Below are positions 61,023-64,000 of a stretch of DNA of 64,000 nucleotides, in pieces. Both the position numbers and the translations under genes were made by a program. A model generated the notes under the pieces. It searched no databases, was not told the origin of the DNA, and saw only the letters and a program-made list of their open reading frames with translations. Each line of letters begins with the position of its first letter. The stretch's first letter is position 1. The DNA is from Candidatus Pacearchaeota archaeon (GTDB lineage Archaea; Nanobdellota; Nanobdellia; UBA10117; JAFCGI01): positions 46,930 through 110,929 of the forward strand of contig JAFCGI010000005.1 in NCBI GenBank assembly GCA_017608235.1, given 5' to 3'.

Positions 61023-61145
61023 GCGGTCGTAGTGTAGTGGTATCACTCAAGCTTGCCATAATCCTTCTTAAGAAGAAGCGTCGGCAGAAGAAAAGACTGT
61101 TGGTTGCAAAGAGCTTGCGACTCGGGTTCAAATCCCGGCGACCGC
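61023..61145 (+). tRNA. tRNA-Gly (anticodon GCC) with a roughly 50-nt intron at the anticodon loop
   Basis: Acceptor GCGGTCG/CGACCGC+A. D-arm GTGTAGTGGTATCAC. Anticodon stem CAAGC/GCTTG with loop TTGCCA|intron|A. T-arm TCGGG-TTCAAAT-CCCGG. Confidence 0.65.
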
Positions 61146-61159
61146 ATTTAATTAAAAAT

Positions 61160-61765
61160 CTATTTCTGACTTAGAGTAATATATGAATCGCAAGTTCTAT
61201 GGATCTGTAAAATATGTAAATCTAAAGAATTCAATATATCCTCTATTTCTTCTCTTTCATATCCTCTAACAAAAGTATACTTATTTCCCTTTCTCATTAG
61301 AAATCCATGATTATATGGAATTCCAGTATTTTGGACAGAGTGTTTTATATCTCTTTGATTTCTTACTGATAGCACTAAATAACCTTTTTCTTTTATTACA
61401 GAATATACTTTTTTTAAGATCTTATTTCTCTGTTCTTCTAATGGTAAAACTTGAATTACAAAATTTAATAGCGCTGTGTCGTAATTAGTATTAGGAATAT
61501 TTGGTGATATTGAATTAATATATTTATGTTTAAATTTTTCAGAATCTATCCTCTTAATTTGTTCTTCAAGATCAACAGCATCTACTTTAATTTCTGAATT
61601 TGCTAGAAATAAAGAATCTCTTAGAAATCTACCACAACCATAATCAAGAACATTTTTTATATCTTTATCTTGGAAAAAGGACAGAATTTGTTCTCTCATA
61701 ATTCTATTGGGTTTTGTTTGACTTGATGTAAGATAGTAGGCAATATCTTCTAAATTAATTTGCAT
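61160..61765 (-). CDS. Class I SAM-dependent methyltransferase
   Basis: Motif I VLDYGCGRF; an acidic residue sits at the end of beta-2 (AVDLEE). Confidence 0.6.
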   Translation of the reverse strand: MQINLEDIAYYLTSSQTKPNRIMREQILSFFQDKDIKNVLDYGCGRFLRDSLFLANSEIKVDAVDLEEQIKRIDSEKFKHKYINSISPNIPNTNYDTALLNFVIQVLPLEEQRNKILKKVYSVIKEKGYLVLSVRNQRDIKHSVQNTGIPYNHGFLMRKGNKYTFVRGYEREEIEDILNSLDLHILQIHRTCDSYITLSQK

Positions 61766-61801
61766 AATTGACTTAGAAAAAAACTTGTTATTTAAATACT
61801 A

Positions 61802-63016
61802 TTATCTTAAAACAATCTTTTTCATATTCCTAATAGTAGTCTTTAGGCTGTTTTCAAGCTTAATTATTTCTGGTTTTTCATGTAAGGCTGCTAGAATTCC
61901 AAATATCGCTGAGATAGTTACTGATGCTAAGAGCATGTTTCTTATTCCAAATGAATCTGCAATATATCCTGCAACCATTATTGATATTGCTGCAGATGAA
62001 GTTGTTACAAATTGAATTAATGCATTTATAGCTCCTCTATTTGTATGGTCTGCAAATCTTGCCATATCTGCTGCCATAGGATTCCAAGCTAGATCTGCAC
62101 CTACTCCTAAAATTGCTCTGCTAGCTACAAGATAAATTTTGTTTAGTGTATTAACAAATACATAACCAAAAAAACCCATTATAAAAAATCCAGGAATGAT
62201 TATATAATTAATAGGAAATTTATCTATTAGCTTTCCTTCCAATGGTTGTGCTAATGCACATAATAATAGATTAAATGATGCTAAAAATCCTATAAAAGAC
62301 AATGAAAAACCCTGGCCTTCTAAATAAATTGGCAGGTAAGTATACCATATGGTTCCATAGATACTTACTATAGCACCGATCATTAAAGAAAGCTTAACTC
62401 TCTTATTTTTAAATAAATCTTTATATTCTTTAACTATGGATTTCTTGAGTCTAAAGTTAATTTTGTTTTTTATTTCTTTGACAAAGAAACCAACTAAAAC
62501 TCCTATAAATGATACTAATGCCCCAAGATAAAATACTATATCAAATCCATAACTATCTATTAGAAAACCTGCTAATAAAGGGGCTGTACCTGCAGCTATC
62601 ATTACAAGAGCATTACTACCTGCTAATCCTTGGCCTTCTTTGCCTTTAGAGATTACACTATAAAGGTATGCTGAAAAAGATGTCCAAAATATAGCTCCAA
62701 ATATTTCCAGAAAAATTTTCAATAATGTAAATTCTATGGCGGTTTTAGCTATTAAAATTCCTATAGCAAATAAAGGATAAATTAAAGATCCTGTAATTAA
62801 TAATGATTTTTTGCCATATTTATCCAATGCATAGCCTATTGGAAATCTTAGTATTGCTGCTAGGAATGCAGAAATTCCATATATGATTCCTATACTTACT
62901 AAGCTAATTCCATTTTCTGCTAGATAAATCGGAAAGAATGTTAATAACAAAGTAGAACCAAATACTATATTAAATACTAAGAGATACGCTAGATATAGAT
63001 TTTTTTTGAATTTCAT
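61802..63016 (-). CDS. Major facilitator superfamily transporter
   Basis: 12 predicted TM helices; MFS-like loop motif GYALDKYGKK between TM2 and TM3. Confidence 0.75.
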   Translation of the reverse strand: MKFKKNLYLAYLLVFNIVFGSTLLLTFFPIYLAENGISLVSIGIIYGISAFLAAILRFPIGYALDKYGKKSLLITGSLIYPLFAIGILIAKTAIEFTLLKIFLEIFGAIFWTSFSAYLYSVISKGKEGQGLAGSNALVMIAAGTAPLLAGFLIDSYGFDIVFYLGALVSFIGVLVGFFVKEIKNKINFRLKKSIVKEYKDLFKNKRVKLSLMIGAIVSIYGTIWYTYLPIYLEGQGFSLSFIGFLASFNLLLCALAQPLEGKLIDKFPINYIIIPGFFIMGFFGYVFVNTLNKIYLVASRAILGVGADLAWNPMAADMARFADHTNRGAINALIQFVTTSSAAISIMVAGYIADSFGIRNMLLASVTISAIFGILAALHEKPEIIKLENSLKTTIRNMKKIVLR

Positions 63017-63050
63017 GTATGATTTCTAACTTATGGATTTTTAAAATTTG

Positions 63051-64000
63051 TTAAAAAATCTTAGAACCTAAAGGCATGTCTTTCTCAGGCAATATTAAAG
63101 ATGCTTTGCCTTTTTCTTCTGCAACAAGGATCATTGCTTCTGATTCTAACCCTCGGATCTTTGCTGGTTTTAGATTTGTAAGGAATATTGCTTTCTTTCC
63201 TTTAAGATCTGATTCCTTATAATAAGGACGAATGCCTGCAATAACTTGTCTCTTACCTAGTGATCCTAAATCTACTTGAAATTTGTAAAGTTTATCTGCA
63301 TCTTTTACAGATTCAACTGAAGTAATCTTACCTACTCTTAGATCAAGTCTTTGAAATTCTTTAAAGTCTACCATTTGTATTTTCTCCTTTGTTTTTTCTT
63401 TTGTTTTTTCTTTTGTTTTTTCTTGAGTTTCTTTTTTTAATTCTTTAAACTCTAGTTTCTTAAACAAAATTTTTCCTTTTTTGATTTTTATTCCTGGTTT
63501 AATTTGTGCATATTTGATTTTTTCTAAACTAGGTACTTTTATTCCTAGTTGTTTAGCTATTTCTTCTGCTGACTCTGGAATGAATGCCCAGGTTAATGCT
63601 GATATAAGTCTTAAAGACTCAGCTAAATTATAAAGAATATTATCTAATTCTTTTCCTGTAAGAGTCCAAGGTTTCTTATCATCAATATATTTATTTACTG
63701 CATTAATAAAAGTCCAAATAGCATCTATAGCATGATGAAATTCTAGAGTTTCTATTTTTTCTGAAGATTTTTTTAATGCTACTTCAAATGATTTCTTTAA
63801 ATTTTTGTTAGGGATACCTTTTGGAATTTTTCCTGAAGATTTTTCTATTAATGAAAGTGATCTTGATAACAAATTTCCAAGGTCATTTGCAAGTTCAGAA
63901 TTATGTCTTTGGATTAGGGATTTCTCTGAAAAATCGCCGTCTTCTCCAAAAGGGATATCTCTAAGCACAAAATATCTAATTGTATCTGCTCCATATTTAT
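63051..64000 (-). CDS. metG: Methionyl-tRNA synthetase, C-terminal part (anticodon-binding domain plus C-terminal Trbp111/EMAP-like tRNA-binding domain). The 5' end lies beyond the window
   Basis: The frame stays open upstream of the first Met; own translation ...DTIRYFVLRDIPFGEDGDFS is the MetRS signature. C-terminal VDFKEFQRLDLRVGKI...AKIRGLESEAMIL is the OB-fold tRNA-binding domain. Confidence 0.8.
   Translation of the reverse strand, partial: KYGADTIRYFVLRDIPFGEDGDFSEKSLIQRHNSELANDLGNLLSRSLSLIEKSSGKIPKGIPNKNLKKSFEVALKKSSEKIETLEFHHAIDAIWTFINAVNKYIDDKKPWTLTGKELDNILYNLAESLRLISALTWAFIPESAEEIAKQLGIKVPSLEKIKYAQIKPGIKIKKGKILFKKLEFKELKKETQEKTKEKTKEKTKEKIQMVDFKEFQRLDLRVGKITSVESVKDADKLYKFQVDLGSLGKRQVIAGIRPYYKESDLKGKKAIFLTNLKPAKIRGLESEAMILVAEEKGKASLILPEKDMPLGSKIF

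Overview
This 64-kb window comes from a very AT-rich genome (GC roughly 28-30 percent by eye). Its gene content is archaeal: split RNA polymerase B''/B' and A'/A'', rpoH, L30e, archaeal NusA, S12/S7, aEF-2, aEF-1alpha, GatD/GatE, chromosomal protein MC1, a Sec61beta-like peptide, and many intron-containing tRNAs. Several tRNAs appear to carry non-canonical D-loop or T-loop introns, which fits a DPANN-type archaeon; that assignment is inference, not established. Protein identifications rest on motifs I recognise by eye in the supplied translations; no database searches were run.

Layout, left to right:
- 1-1602 (minus): partial ATP-dependent DNA ligase carrying an intein with a LAGLIDADG endonuclease.
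- 1.7-14.6 kb: nitroreductase, ftsZ, gatD, an interposed Cas4-like FeS nuclease, gatE, a DUF362 protein, membrane proteins, a 1027-aa repeat-rich surface protein and asnS.
- 14.6-30.1 kb: accessory stretch. A tRNA-Arg/tRNA-Glu pair, two APC permeases, a 17-bp tandem repeat, a class II tRNA, a MazF-like toxin-antitoxin pair, a frameshifted adhesin-like pseudogene, an EamA transporter, a highly basic lysine/arginine-rich 72-aa protein, tRNA-Thr, a GT2 glycosyltransferase, adk, a surface protein, tRNA-Tyr, and directly downstream a 2.07-kb IS1595-like element carrying a methyltransferase cargo gene, with 20-bp inverted repeats and a perfect 9-bp direct repeat.
- 30.0-42.9 kb: the conserved transcription/translation cluster, tRNA-Asp through EF-1alpha.
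- 42.9-44.2 kb: an inverted rps10, a 22-bp tandem repeat, tRNA-Val and tRNA-Thr.
- 44.2-57.7 kb: island bounded by tRNA-Thr on the left and tRNA-Met on the right. It holds a tightly coupled minus-strand five-gene operon that, as far as I know, matches no described defense system: an HslV/proteasome-beta-like Ntn-hydrolase, a 774-aa helical protein, a Cas4-like FeS nuclease, a coiled-coil PD-(D/E)XK nuclease and a zinc-ribbon protein. Beside it sit a Type III R-M system (mod and res) with a small wHTH gene, a frameshift-split IS4-family transposase, and a mini-MCM-like AAA+ ATPase abutting the 3' end of tRNA-Met. I rank this operon as the most interesting feature in the window.
- 57.7-64.0 kb: more intron-bearing tRNAs, including a tRNA-Pro with a T-loop intron and one whose isotype I could not resolve, a ThiI-like protein with a degenerate PP-loop, MC1, methyltransferase, MFS transporter and partial metG.

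No CRISPR array and no rRNA gene were seen. All tRNA structures were folded by eye and should be confirmed computationally.
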